Shown here: positions 23,877 to 37,400 of the stretch, piece by piece
How positions within the stretch are numbered: position 1 is the first letter of the stretch
Layout: each line of letters begins with the position of its first letter
Assembly: GCA_001244265.2 (NCBI GenBank)
Contig: CDLV01000008.1
Span: 496,001-560,000, forward strand
Length of the DNA stretch: 64,000 nt
Source of the DNA: Microbotryum violaceum
Lineage: Eukaryota
Reading direction: 5' to 3'
The notes under the pieces: generated by a model
Database searches by the model: none
The model's input: the letters and a program-made list of their open reading frames with translations, nothing else
What the model was told of the DNA's origin: nothing
Made by a program: the position numbers and the translations under genes

Positions 23877-25955
23877 CTAGGCTCTGTACCTCCTCGCAAA
23901 CTCGATCAGCGTTCGAGTGATCTTTCCACTCATACCGGCTCGCTCGTAGCCTCCATCACCCTTGGCGAGGTCCATGGTACCGGCAATATCAATGTGGGCC
24001 CACTTGGTCAAGCTTCCCGGCTCGCCGCGACCTCCATTGACTCCACCCTCGGCACCTTCCTCCGCGTCCGTACCGTCAACGATGAGCCCGTCGACGAAGC
24101 GCTTGAGGAAGATGGCCGCCGTCGCCGATCCAGCAAGTCGGCCACCAGTGTTGTTGAGGTCCATGTTGGTGGTGTTGATCTGCGCGAGGTAGCCTTCGTC
24201 CAAGGGCATCCTCCACACGCGATCCTTCTCGGATGCGGCCGCGACGTCGAGCTGCGCGTAGAGCGAGTCCGAGTTGGAGAAGACGCCACTGAATTGGTTG
24301 CCAAGAGCGATCATCATCGCGCCCGTTAGAGTAGCGACATCAATGATAACGCTCGGCTTGAAAGTCGAAGAGGCGTAGTAGAGCGCATCGGCGAGGATCA
24401 AACGTCCCTCGGCATCAGTGTTTTCGATCGCGAGCGTGACGCCGTTGCTGGCAGTAATGCAGTCTCCGGGCTTGGTTGCCTTTCCACTAAAGAAATTGGG
24501 TGCACCGTTCACCGGGGATTGTCATTCACGTGCACAAGAGTTAGCTCATGATTCAAGGCGAGAGCGATTCTCCCCGAATCGACGCTACCCACCTCGGCAT
24601 GTTCTCGGTCAACGGGCAGCAAAGTACGGCGTTGATCGGTAGTTCAAGCTTGGCAATGGCCCACATAGTCGCTGTCGTCGTTGCAGCTCCACCCATGTCG
24701 GCGCGCATGTCGGACATGGACGCGGCGGGCTTGATCGAGATTCCTCCCGTGTCGAACGTGACACCCTTACCGACGAGCGCGATCGGCTTCTCGTCGGCCT
24801 TGCCACCCTTGTAGTGGATCTCGAGGAAACGGAGCGGCTCATCGCTACCGCGCGAAACCGAGATGAAAGAGCCCATCTTCTTCTCCTCGGCCCAGGCGAG
24901 GTCATGGACCTGGACCTCGACGTTCTTGAGACCCTCGAACTTCTCCTCGGCCATCTCGCAGAAGCGTGTGGGCGTGCAGATGTTGGCCGGCAACTCCTTG
25001 AGGTAACGGGCCCAGTTTTGGGCTTCTCCATAGATCTTTCAGAGTTGATCGTGACACGAATCAGTTCCAGAACGAGTCAGTCCCCCGCCCTCGCTCGGAC
25101 ATACCTTTCCAGTCTCCCACGTCAGGGGCTTGCCATATTTGTCACTCTCGGTTTCGAGCTGAGACTCTGTCGCACTTCCAAGAAGATCGATCTGAATGGG
25201 TTCGAGTTGCTTCTTGGCCGCAGTGGTCGTCTTGAGGTTGAAGGCAAAGCTGGCGAGCGTGGCTCCGACAGCGGCCGAGTGGGGCGAGTGGAGAGGATCG
25301 ATAGCGATTTGCTCGCCGTTGATGGCCTTGACCGCGTTGACGGCAACACCAGCCTGTGGAGAAGTTTGACAGTGAGTGAGAGTGAAAGCTATTAGCATCA
25401 AGTCATTATTGCAACTCGGACCTCCCCTCCTCTCCTATTCTCTCAGTCAGAAGGTGGACCTTTGGTTGCTAGGCAAGCGCTGCCGACGAGCTGGTCGCTA
25501 TGCTGACCTCCATGCTCTTTAGTTCGGGTCGAGAAGACTTACGTTCCTACGAGAAAGTTCCTTGAGTGCGTTCTCCTTGGTTGCGCCACCCTTGTTGTCC
25601 GGGGTCGTGCCCGTTGAGATGGCGATCACGGTCTTGTCCCCACCGACACCGAAGAAGGTCCTCTGTCGTATTGCCGCGGACCGAGATTAGCATTTGGAGC
25701 CACCGTTTCCCTCTGAGTGGGCCCCTTTGTGACCATAACACTTACAGCTTCGCCGGCCTTGTCCTTGGTGCCGCTGAGCTGCCACAACTTGGCGAGAGCG
25801 TCCTTGTCGACAGCTTGCGCAGCCGCAGAAGAGACGGGCTGACCAGCCGAAACCCCAATGTAGACGGTTGAAGAGGACATCTTGCGCGAGTAGCGAGCTG
25901 GGGTGGCACGAAGAGTTTGGATCAACGATGTGCGTGTGAGGGGCTTGAAGAGCAT
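23877..25955 (-). CDS. Leucyl aminopeptidase (peptidase M17)
   Basis: VGKGVTFDTGGISIK, MRADMGG, ENMP|SG, NTDAEGRLILAD, DVATLTGA, WAHIDIAG. Confidence 0.96.
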
Positions 25956-26363
25956 TCGGGGACCCGAACAAGATGGGCGGGTAGGAAAAAGGGGACCAGA
26001 CCACTTCATCCGACCACGCGGGTCCAGCTCGGGCACCACACTGCACCACATGGTCTTACCAGGTCTTGCCCGGTCTTGTCAGCCGGGTTACCCCAGCCGC
26101 CGAATGCACAGGCCCTTGAGTAGTAGGTCAGACCACGAGCAGACCAAGTCAAGGCTTGATCCGGTACGTAGTCATTAAAAGGTATTTTTAGCAGCCTAGA
26201 GGGCATCTTTCGATTACAACACATGCGATAGCAACAGCAACATCTTTCGACCCGTGCACAACATAACTGAACGGATCATTAGTAATGAGTCTCGTGAGGA
26301 GGATCGATGACCATCGCTCATGTAGTAGGCAGAGCGATTAAAAACTGATCAAGAAGCGTCATA

Positions 26364-29300
26364 TCACGACCACTCGTGATGACGAGAGGGCGGTGGTGGT
26401 GGAGGCGGCGGCGGAGGCGGCTCTTGACGACCTTGAGGCATCATGTGGGGGTCGTACCGCAGGTGGGAAGGTGGGGGAGGCGCTTTCGAGGCGTAGTAGT
26501 CTCGAGAGGACGTGGACTGGTTGTACGAGGATCCAGCAGGTGAGTGAGGACGGTGGCCCAGCACGGATGGTGTGTTAGATCCGAACGACGGATAAGGACT
26601 CGGGGACTGGTTCCAGCTGTTGTGCGACTCAAAGTTGCCCGCTCGTTCCCGAACATGCATCGATGGGACAGAGTAGGCCGAAGGACGGTAAAGTGGAGGT
26701 GAGGCGCTGTATTCGCGACGGCCCAAGGCGTGACTATGCGATGGAAGGTGACGCGGGAACGAGTGCGACTGGGAAAGAAGGTCCGTATGTTGAGACGGGG
26801 CCGGCGCAGGATCGTGCAGGATCGCGCGAGGTCCGCGTATCGAACTGACGTCGCTCTCTTCCTCCGTCGTGGCGCCGATCTCCTCGCTAGCCCGGGCCCC
26901 ACCTCCTCCGAACCAGTCGTCGCGGCCGGGCGAGTGTGCGTCCTCATCCGGCGTATCGTCGTTGAGCAAGTTGCGGATACCCTTGGAGCGAGGAGCCGGC
27001 TCCGAGATGGGCAGCGGAGGCAGCTCGACGTCGGACAGGGCTGGAGTGGCCGCTTCATCGAAGAAGCCGACACGGGACCTTTGGTGTTGCACGAGGCCGC
27101 TTTCGAGCGCTTCATTGAGAGGCACGCCAGTCGGAGCCGTGTACTCATGGCTGCTGGCATGGCGAGGCGTGGTGCCACCGGAGCCGGAGCGCGAACGATC
27201 GTCCCCGGCGTCGCGTTTGCTCGATAAGTTGACGAGCTCCGCAAGATCGAACTTTTTGGTGTTGTTTTGATACCACTGAGCATACAAATTACGTCAGGCA
27301 TTCAAATTACGTCAGCTTCGTCATAACATGTGGTGCATGCGCCGACAGAGCGAAACTCACATTTCGGCACTGAACAGCCGTCTTATGCTCCAAACCCTCC
27401 GCAAGCTTGGCCCAGTTTTTGCCATAGACTACGAGTAGGCGCATGAGCTCGTTCCGTTCGGCAACCGACCAGTACGAAGATGAAGTCCCCTTGCGTCGAC
27501 CGCCGACTGAGGTCTTCAGCAGCGAGCGGTCGCCATCGTAGGCGCGTCCAGCAGAGTCGTCTTTGTTATCCCCGGTTCCAGGGCCGCCGACGAGGCCTGC
27601 CAGTGCTTCTGCAGCCTCCAGGGCGCCATCGGAAGGGAGAAGCATCGCGTCCCGGATCTTGGGGATGCGTGCGCCTTTCTTGCCATAGCCAGCGGATGAG
27701 TCCGGTTTCGATGGCTCGCGTGAGTCGACCGTGGTGAAAGCCTCGTCTCCGAGCCACAAAGCGGCCAAAGGAGGGGGGGACGACGCCCGAGGCGGTCGCA
27801 TCGGAGTCGGTGGGACAAAAACCAACGGTGACTCGAAAGGCAGCTGACGACGAGCGGTCTCGGGGCTGAGAAGGCCCGAGCCGACGGGTGGAGGCGAGCC
27901 TTCGTCGACGTCGTCGTCGTCATCGGGCTTGCGCGTTTGCAAATTGGCGAGCAAACTCTTTTTGCCGCCTTTGATCTCTTCGACGCGCTTCTTGCCCTTT
28001 GGACGACGTCGTCCGTCCTTGTACTTGCGGTCTGAGAGGATGGCCCTAAACTCTGGTGCATGCTTGACGCGGTAGTAGAACAACACGCACTGCGCGGTCG
28101 TCTTCTCCGGGATACCAGCCGCAATCTTGCCAAACTGCTTGGGATGTTCCTCGTAGAGTCGATTGAAGGTGTTCACCTCGTCGCGCGTCCACACATCAAG
28201 GGGCTTTTGGATCTCATAAAGTGCGATCGGATCTTCGACTCTGCGCTGCTCGTCGTGGAACGCCAGGGACAGCAGATCGTTCCGTTCCGAAGGGTCAATG
28301 AGTTGATCGGGGACCTCGACGGCTTGGCGTTCGGCTCGAGCACTGGCATCGCGCCGCGTAGCGTTCTCGAGGTTCGCCAACACCTCCAGAAACTCGGCCT
28401 CGGACCGAACTGTGTCGCCGAATCCGACAAAAGCCGAAGCGCCGCCTCCACCTCGACGATTTGGGCGACCGCTGATGGTGACAGGTCCGCAGGCGGCTGT
28501 GGCTCCTGCGGCGGCGGGAGCACCGGGTGTGGCGGGTTCGGTCGAGTAGAAGGGCAGCCCGACTTCGTCGTGCGGTGGCTTGATAGGGCCTGTTCGTCGA
28601 TGGATGCGGTTGTGCAGCTTGTCCAGCCGATCGCAATGCGCCGTCCAATCCTCGTTAAACAGCTCGTACTCGGCGCGGAGCTTGAGCATCTTGTCATGGC
28701 GACGATGATCACGCTTGGCAAACGCCTCGATCAGGAAAGGTTGGACCTGCTCATGCATCCGCCACGCCGCTTTGGATAGATCAAGGTTCGTGACATCACG
28801 CACGATCGACGAGGCTTGCTTGGCAATTTCGGGCGCGGACCTCTTACGGTTGTCGAGCATGAGTGCGTTGACCTCGCCCGAGTCCTGTTCGTTCGCGGCA
28901 ATGACGTCGTTGAGGATCGAGGCAAAGCTACGCGGTGGGGAGGTGGGAGGAGACGGTGGAGAGTGGGGTGGGGGAGGGGCTGGGGGTGTGGGAGTGCGGT
29001 TTGCGATCTTGAGTAGCAGCTCGGCTTCCAGCGTGGCCTTGTCGACGGGCATTGATTCCCCTGCCTCGGCAGACTCGACAAGCACAGCCTCGGAAACGAC
29101 GGAATCTGGGATTTCCATCGCGACGACTACGGTGCTCTGCACTTCTTCCCCTTCCTCAACCTCTTCCATCTCTGCGACTTGACTGGCGGCGTCGCTTGTG
29201 CTCGGGGTCGGCAGGGCGAAAATGGCCGCAGGTTGAGGTGACGATGGTGGTACTGCTGCAGCGTCCTCAGAAACAGCCTCCCTTTGCCCTGTTGACGCCA

Positions 29301-31302
29301 CGGGGTCGACCTCCATTTCGGATATTGGCTGGACTTTCTCGGTTTCGAGGACGGGCTCCTCGGCCTCATCTTTGACGGCCGGATCAGCAGGCGTATCGAT
29401 CATCTCGTGATCCTCGTCACCGACATCAGCCAGCCCTTCCTTGAGTTTTCTCGGAGAGGGGAAGTCAAAGGCAGGTAGTCTAGGTGGTGTCCCCGGTTCG
29501 TCGGGGTCGGTCAGAACTTCGCCTAGCTCGAGCTGGTTTTCCGCTTCGTTGTCCTGAGACTTGGAGGCGGACTCGTCCCTAGGTTGCGCACTTGTCTCCT
29601 GGGCGCCTATGTGATCCGCAGTCGGCGAAGTGGCTTTCGTATACGGCAATTCGACGTCGACCGGAATCGGCGAGGCCGGCGTCGGAGTATACCCTCGGGC
29701 CGGCGAAGGTTTGTTCGATCGTCTATCGCCATTCGAGTACGTCGGCACAGGGTTCGGATGCTTACCCTTGAAAGGTTTTCGATCATCATGGGGAATTCGT
29801 CCATCCCTCTGGAACCCAGCGAACCGATCTCCCAGACGCATAGGGGAGCGTGATCTCGAGCGAGTCCATTGGATCTCGCCAGGGGACATGGAACGACCCC
29901 TTCGAGTTGGGGCCGATCGATTCGGACCCGAATAAGGACGGGGTAGATCGAAGCGATTGGCAGTACAGAACTCGGAGCGCGCGGGGGAGGGCTGTCTTCG
30001 GGTCGTCGAATAGCGGTCGTCGTGATCGGCTGGTCCCGGTCCTCCTGGTCGATCGCGATCATCAAACCGCATTGATGACCCATGCGGGTATCTGTACACC
30101 CAGATCGTCTCGCACAATATGTCAGCTGTTATCTCCCAGGCACGCAAGCCAGAACACGGTGAGTACTTGATTAAGCAGACGCACCCTTTGCCCGGATCTT
30201 CCGATCTGCGCGAATTCGCGGTATCGTACCCATTCGGCGGCCTCCGGTGGTTCCAATCTGGCGAAAGTGATCTTCCCCATCCTGCCTCCTCTTCATACTC
30301 GCTGCCCCTCCCGTCTCGACCCCGTCTCGGTATCGGTCGAGCGCCATTCGCATCGGATCCAGGTGCGTCGCGGAACGCAGATCGTGGCCAAGGTGACGAG
30401 TCGAAGCTGGCACGGCCCGAGATGGGTAGGGGCGGAAGGGACGAGTACGAATCCCTTGAGTCCCTATTGGGTGGCCCCCCACGACCACTACCGGGTGGTC
30501 CCCTCCGGTCCCCTCTGCCCATGCTCATATCGCTATCTCTGGGGTCTCGCTCTCGTTCGCGCGGCTGCCTCGCCCACTCCCGGTCGTGGTGTTGTTGTTG
30601 CTGGTGTTGTCGTTCCCAAGGCCAATCTCTATCCCTGTCGCGGTCCCTGTCGGCTCTAGGATCCCTGTTGTCCCTATCTCGATCCCAGCCCAGAGAGACG
30701 TTGCGTCGATGCCCTGGTAGATCGTCGCGTGGTGGCCACTGGGCCTGCCCCTTGGCCGGCCCCGTTTTAGACGACAACGAGGGCCCTGCTGTAGTAGAGG
30801 ACGAGCTTGAAAGTGGTGGTGGGGAGCGAGGCCTGGATTGAGATCGATTGAAGCTCCGATCCGTTGGGGCGCGCTTGGGGAGCGAGCCGGCGTCGAAGGA
30901 GGAGCGCGCAACAGAACCCAAGCTAGGCGTAGACGGGAGGGGATGTCGGGAGGTGTCAAAGTTGGCAATAGGGTGGGTCGAGGTCGATGAGGATGCCAGG
31001 GACGAGGAGCGGGGAGGGATCGGCGGCAACGACGAGGAGGGCGAAGGCGCACCCAGAGGAGGCGAGTCGAGGTAAGGCCGTCTGCGGGGAGAGCATGTGC
31101 ACGCTCGTCAGTGATGCTCCACTAGGGGGTGGTCGGTATGTGAGGGTAGATACCTCTGAGCGTAAATCTTGGCTGCTGAGGCCCTCGGAGTCGAGCTGGA
31201 GTGCGAGTGCGAGTTCGAGTTCGAGCCCGGCGGTCGAACAGAGACGGGCGTCGACTCGGACGCAGGCGAGGGCGACGGTCTCGGCGAACGGGACCCTTCC
31301 AT
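26364..31302 (-). CDS. SNT1: Snt1/NCoR-like SANT-domain corepressor subunit
   Basis: Two SANT domains (WTRDEVNTFNRLYEEHPKQFGKIA...CVLFYYRVK; YWSVAERNE...GKNWAKLA...KTAVQCRN|WYQ), a DTVRSEAEF motif and long low-complexity regions. The start (ATG 31302, intron ~31082-31154) is inferred. Confidence 0.8.
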
Positions 31303-31888
31303 GCGAGAAGGTCCAGGCACCGTGTTCCAGCAGAGTAGTGTGTTGGTAGATCAGAGCCCAGGCTGCGGGAGGCGTAGTAGGTACTCGTCGCTCGTCGCTC
31401 GTCGCCGTCACTCAGAGCCGAGATCGGAACGGAGTGTTTATCGACTGATGAGGTCGCAGCGGCAGTCCGTGGTAGGTCTGACGGGACCGAGTATACAAGA
31501 TGCACGACCCCACGATAGCCCACGAGGTGCGCTTAGTCGAGCTAGGGCTCCGAACGGCCGTTGCAGAGGCTGGCAGACGGGAGAGGACAGCGGGAGCAGT
31601 GCGAGGGCCGGAGAGACAGCGAGACCGACGGTGAGTACGCGGTGAGTAGCAGTGAGTCAACGCTATTAGTCAGCGCTAGTCAGCCGCGCAAGTCGCTGCA
31701 AGTCGAGGTAATTCGCACATAGTCGCACCCAATGCACCCACAGTCACACCCCTTGCTCTCGTCTGCTCTCGTCTGCTCTCGTCGGCCTCAGCTTAGTCTG
31801 CTTTCCGTACTGCTTACGTCCTCAACTGGCCCAATCACGCCGCCTCATCGAAGAATCATCCCCAAGTGGTGTCTCGACACAAAGAGCC

Positions 31889-32758
31889 ATGTCGATCCAC
31901 TCGATCGACATCGACCACGACGAGCTGCTCGACGAGCTCCTGATCGAGTACCTCGCCGACCTCGACCTCTACCAAGCCGCGCAAGAACGTCTTCAAGCCG
32001 CACTTAAACAGGTCAGCTCTCCTCGGCGCTCACGCTCAAGCCAACCGCTTGCCGTTGACTCGCTGCTTGATCCGCCGTCTTTCATCTCCTCATTAGGCCT
32101 ACTTGGATCTGGCAAGGTCCAAGATGGCCGTCGGAGCAACCAAGATGAGCCAAGATGGCTACGACCTCGGTCAGACTGGCTCCAATGTCGCAATGTAGGT
32201 CTGCACAATGGCTAACTACGACGCTCAAAGAGTCCTGGCTCGGAACTGAACCGATTTCAGAAAACCTTTCGCTGGTCGTCTAGTTCCATTGTCGCTACCG
32301 AAAACAAATCAAGGCCTACAGGCCAAGCCTCTCGAACGAAAACAGCATCTCTCTCAGAAAACGATACCGATCGACGCTCGTTCGCATGGACTCTAGGACC
32401 TTCTCCACCTCCGGCTGCCCCATCACCTCCGAGCGAATCCACCGAACCTAGCCCCTCGACCTCACTTCGCTCCCGTAGCAACACCAAAGCCACCTCAACT
32501 CGTAAAAAGTCATCGAACGACTCTACACCAGAAAAGCCGACCCCATCGCCGCGACCTTTGCGAAGATCGCCCTTGCTACAATTCTCGGCGTTCCCACCGA
32601 CAGCCTTACGCAGTGCCGAGCACAGCTGGCAAAAAGTGTTGCGAAGCACGGTCGAGCTGACCGAGGCAAAGTACAAGCTTGACGCGAGTGAGGAGAGGGT
32701 ACGCAAGTGCAAGGCCACCCAGAAGCAGGCCAGCTCCGAGGTCAAAAAGTCACATTGA
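31889..32758 (+). CDS. VMA22: V-ATPase assembly factor Vma22/CCDC115
   Basis: LDELLIEYLADLDLYQ...|AYLDLARSK...YDL and C-terminal PLLQFSAFPPTALRSAEHSW. Confidence 0.8.
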
Positions 32759-32925
32759 TCGGCGGGAAGGGAATTCCGACGTGGTCATGTGGTAGTGCGT
32801 TATCGATTACATGTTGTAGTTTGGTACAACTGAAGTGTGAATGCGAATGTGGTGATACAAGACTTTGCGAGATTTGCGACGGCGTTGACGGTCCTCTTTT
32901 TCCATGAAGGGTGGCTTGGGGTCGT

Positions 32926-33521
32926 TCAGGGCTTGGGATCCTGCTTCTGCAAGAACTCGGCGAGTTGGAGGTAGTACTCGCCGTCGAATCCTTTGGGTCC
33001 GTAGAGACCCCCTCGCTTGCTGTACTGGTCCTCGCCCTTAGTCGCTGCCATTGGCCACAGACCGTCCCTGGTGTCGAGCTTGACTTCCTTGGCGACGTAC
33101 GGTTTCAGCTGAGTCAGGGAAAGGGGACGATGAGCGCTGAGATTCTCCCTCGACTCGAGAGATGGTATTGAAAACGTACATCGGTGGTGTTGAGTCCTAA
33201 AGGCACGACAAAGGTGCGCATGCGTTCGGGCATGAGGATGTAGGGCGCCTTGCCTCGTCCACCGTGTCGTCCTTGCGCTTTGGGTCCCAACCCGGGCATG
33301 GATCCGGTACCTGTCAGAATAAGATTGTCGAGCATCAGATCAAGAGCAGTAAAGTATAAGGGAGAGACGGGATGCTCGGAAGGTAGGGGAATGTCGACGG
33401 TTCACGCTGCGATGCGCAGAAGGAAAGGCGCCTGACCTTTGTAGTAGTTTTTGTTGCCCTGCTTGGACATCATGGGGAGTCGAGAGGCCTTGGAGAGGAC
33501 GGGTGATGTAGGTCTAAGCAT
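32926..33521 (-). CDS. MRPL27: Mitochondrial ribosomal protein mL41 (MRPL27)
   Basis: RLPMMSKQGNKNYYK|GTGSMPGLG...GRHG...RMRTFVVP...|LKPYVA. Confidence 0.92.
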
Positions 33522-33824
33522 GATGGTCGGAAGCGGGTGAGCAAGGTATCGTGTGGTTTCGAGCTAAAAGCGCTGCAGTTTGGCGGTGCTCACGGCTTGC
33601 TCCTACGCGAGATGGTTTTTGCGGTTGGGCCTTCTGGAAATCCATCACATGATCGGAATCACACTTTTGGTGGTTTCAAGAGTGCGGGGGCTGCATGGGT
33701 CTAGTGGCTATGACTTTACATAAGTCCAACCCCCCTTTTCAAGAAACGTTTATTTGTTTATTTATTTGATAGACTTCATTAACAGCATTTTGCGTAGATA
33801 ACCGAATTTGTGAAACCTAATCAG

Positions 33825-33940
33825 GTTACCCTAACTAGTTACCCTAACTAGTAACTAGTTACCCTAACTAGTAACTAGTTACCCTAACTAGTAACTAGTT
33901 ACCCTAACTAGTAACTAGTTACCCTAACTAGTAAAAAAAA
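33825..33940. repeat. Minisatellite: six TTACCCTAACTAGT cores (mostly 20-bp period) followed by A8
   Basis: Directly visible. Each unit contains CCCTAA and the palindrome ACTAGT. Confidence 0.95.
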
Positions 33941-34464
33941 GTGTGAGTTAAGGAATGTACCTAAAATCGCTGTTTTTAACTAGGTTGCGGCCCTCCGGGC
34001 CGCCTGTGGTGTATGTACCGGCATACTGTTGTGTCTGCCTCACCTGCCTGTGGTGTCCATGTTCCGATCAGAAGTCATGTACAAGCGCTGTGGTGACTTT
34101 TGTATTTTCCGCGCCGTTCCAACGAAGCTACAGCGCTCCCAGTATTTTCCTTCTTTTTTTCGCTCACATAAAACAATGCTTCCACTCATATGGTACTTAA
34201 TGAACCGCAAGCGCGTGGCTTTGCATGATATTGCTTCTACAGCAGAGCTCTGCCTGACGCGCGAGGCGAGGGCTGGTGTTTGTCACGTGATGCGGTGCGC
34301 CGGCGGTGTCAGTGTCATTCCGGCAGTCGACCAGCGGCATTAGGGGCTGAACAACAAATCAAACCACGTAAACAATCCTGCGCCACTCCCTCGAACCTTT
34401 CCTTTCTCTCTCTCACTCTCATCCAATTTTAGTGACACTCATTCAAGAACAAACCTTCGCTACT

Positions 34465-37400
34465 ATGCCCCGGTCCCAAGGTCGCCAGGGAGGGCCATCG
34501 CAACCTCGCCAAGTCTTGGGCGCGAGGGTAGCGCCGTACCATGGGCTACCATGGGCCAGCTCGAGCGCCCGCTGCTGGGGGCCCCGCGGCTCGACCCTCC
34601 TCTTCGTCCCGCGCCGATCAACAGAATCAGCCCCCCGCGCGTCATGACAACAATTCAAGCGATCTTGTCGTTGCAACACGTATACGAGCCCGCCGTGCAG
34701 CTGTGCAGAACGGACAGCGTGGTCAGCGCGATGGCCAACTCGACGCTGGGCTCGCCCCACCACCACCTCCGCAAAGGCGAGTGCGCCGGGCTCGAATCGC
34801 GCTCAAACCCCTCAAGCCCCACGTTTTCGCAGGGCAAGGTGCGGCTACCTCCCCCTCTCCAGCCCAATCTCGAGTATCGGCAGCTTCTTCAAGGCTCGGA
34901 TAGCGGTCAGTTGCTCCGTCCAACAACATCTCTCTGCAGTATGGCCCGCATGCTGAACTGTGCGATGCACCTACACAGACGCTAAAGCATTTCGCGAGGA
35001 TGCCCGGTTTTACAATAACGCGTTGTCCTTTACTTCGCTCGCTGCCCACTGCTGGGACCAAACTCAAGTGGACACTCTAGGACCTCCCGTGTTTCGCGTG
35101 TTCGGCCGCCTCTATCATTGACTCGGTGCCCTGATCCCTGCCGTGAATCAACGCCCAGCCTTTGCCCAGACATGGCTGATCGACCCGGCCGAGGCCACCA
35201 ACACACGACTTCAAGGACCCGACAGCGCAGAGACTCGCATTCAAAGATCAACGCTGACCAAGCTCGAGTCCATGTTGCGCACCGGCAATCGCTTTGTGAG
35301 GGAGTTCGCATCGGCCAAAGCCCGCGCGGGTTGGGATACGGCCAAAGAGTGGGTCCTGCGCCTCTGCCTACCACCAGGCCGAGACCGACGCACCCACAAC
35401 CTTCCTACGTCAAGCACGGAAATGGCGATGCTTATCTGCGATTCCGACACCAACACGGGAGATCGTGGACCGCAAGACCTTATTCTCCAGGTGCACGGTG
35501 ATCGATGTCCCGATGGTCGGCCCAAGTACCAAATCGTTAGCTCGCTCCATCCGTCTGCGATGCCTCTCCGGTACCCACTACTCTTCCCCGCGGGGGAAGA
35601 TGGCTTCCACCCCAACATTCCTCTTTGCGGTTTCAACCAAGCTGGGCCGCCCATCGCCAGAAACCGAGAGCAGATCGACAATGGTGTCCAATTGCGCGAG
35701 CTACTTGATGGCCTTGGTCCAGATGAAGAAGACGAAGAGGAGGACGATGAGGATGAAGGCGACGAGGAGGACGAAGAGAATGGTGATGGTGAACGTAAGC
35801 TAAGCGTCTTCGGCTCATTCTTATACACCTCTCTGTTGAGACGCACTCTCAGACTGACATAAATTGTTCGAAAATCTAGGACGAAGATCAAACAAGAGGG
35901 GTCGAGGTGGATCAACCCGAGTTTCGCGTTCCCAATACTTTGCATATCACTTGCACGAACGCGACGACTACTTCTCCATTCCGCATGCCACCCAGCGTCT
36001 CTTCCTCGAGTTCGTGATTGACGGATACTCCCAAGTCGAGACCGATCGACTCAACTACATCCGGTTGCATCAAGAAAGTCTGCGCCTCACCACGGCCCAA
36101 GGCATCACCGACGCTGTTGCCAACGGCCTGACCCCGGATCAAATTGGACGTTCGGTGATTTTGGGCTCGACGTTCAAGAATAGCCCGCGCGAAATCACGC
36201 GGCGCTACCAAGATGCGATGGCTTGCGTCGTCAAATATGGAAAGCCTTCGCTGTTCATCACGGTGACGTGCAACCCCGAATGGCCGGAAATCAAGGCTGC
36301 ACTGGGGCCGAACGACAAAGCATGCAACCGTCCGGATCTCATTACACGAGTGTTTGAAGCCAAGCTGAACCGACTCTGCGACGACGTTTTTGGCAACAAG
36401 CAACGTGCAGGCTGTTTTGGCGTGGTTCTGACGCATACACATGTGATTGAGTATCAGAAGCGGGGCCTGCCACATGCCCATATCCTCATCACCCTCGCGC
36501 CGGACGATCATCCTTTGTCGACGGAAGCGATCGACAAAATGATCTCGGCCGAGATACCCGATCCTTCGCGCTATCCTGATCTCCACGAGACCGTCACAAA
36601 GCACATGCTGCATGGCAAGTGTGGCGGAAACTCGACTCAGCCCTGCATGGAGAAAGACAAGTACGGTAATCCGAGGTGCAAGCGCCATTTTCCTCGCGAA
36701 CAGAACCCCCACACCCGCATGCACCCTGAAGGCTACCCGTTGTATCGCCGACGCTTTCGCCACGCCGTTGTCAAGGGGGGTGTTATCTACAACGATGGTG
36801 ACTGCGTGCCGTACTCGCCTTATCTCTGCGCCAAGTACAATGCGCATATCAATGTGGAGGCTGTGACAACGATCGGCGCGATCAAGTACCTCTTCAAGTA
36901 TGTGTACAAAGGTCCGGATCGAGCTGTGGCGCGTGTTGAGCGTGCAGCGAACGGTGAAGGGGCTCGCGAGGACGAACCGGTTCGAGATGAGATCAACGAG
37001 TTCGTCGAAGGTCGCTACATCAGTGCTCCAGAAGCGGTCCACCGCCTATTCGGATTCTCGGTCGGTAGAGTGTGGCCACCCGTCAATCGACTGCCGGTCC
37101 ATCTGGAGAATCAACAATCTGTGCAGATCAATCCCAATGAACCACTGCCCCTCGACACTCCGCCCACTCGCTCCAAACTGACCGGCTTCTTCGACCTGTG
37201 CGCTACAGCTCCCGACGGCGAGCTCACTACCACGTTGCTCTACACGAATGTGCCGCGCTACTACTCCTGGAATAAGGAGAAGTTGCGCTGGAAACGCCGA
37301 GTCCATGATCGCAATGTCATTGGACGAATCTACACCGTCCCACTGCGTAGTGGGGAGCGCTTTTACCTCAGACTGCTCCTCGAGGTCGTCATGGGCCCGA

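Noticed and set aside
33825-33940. CRISPR-like array or true telomere
   Set aside because: No unique spacers, eukaryotic context, internal position, and not a pure TTAGGG array.
35912-37042. 376-aa minus-strand ORF
   Set aside because: Antisense shadow of the Helitron Rep domain.
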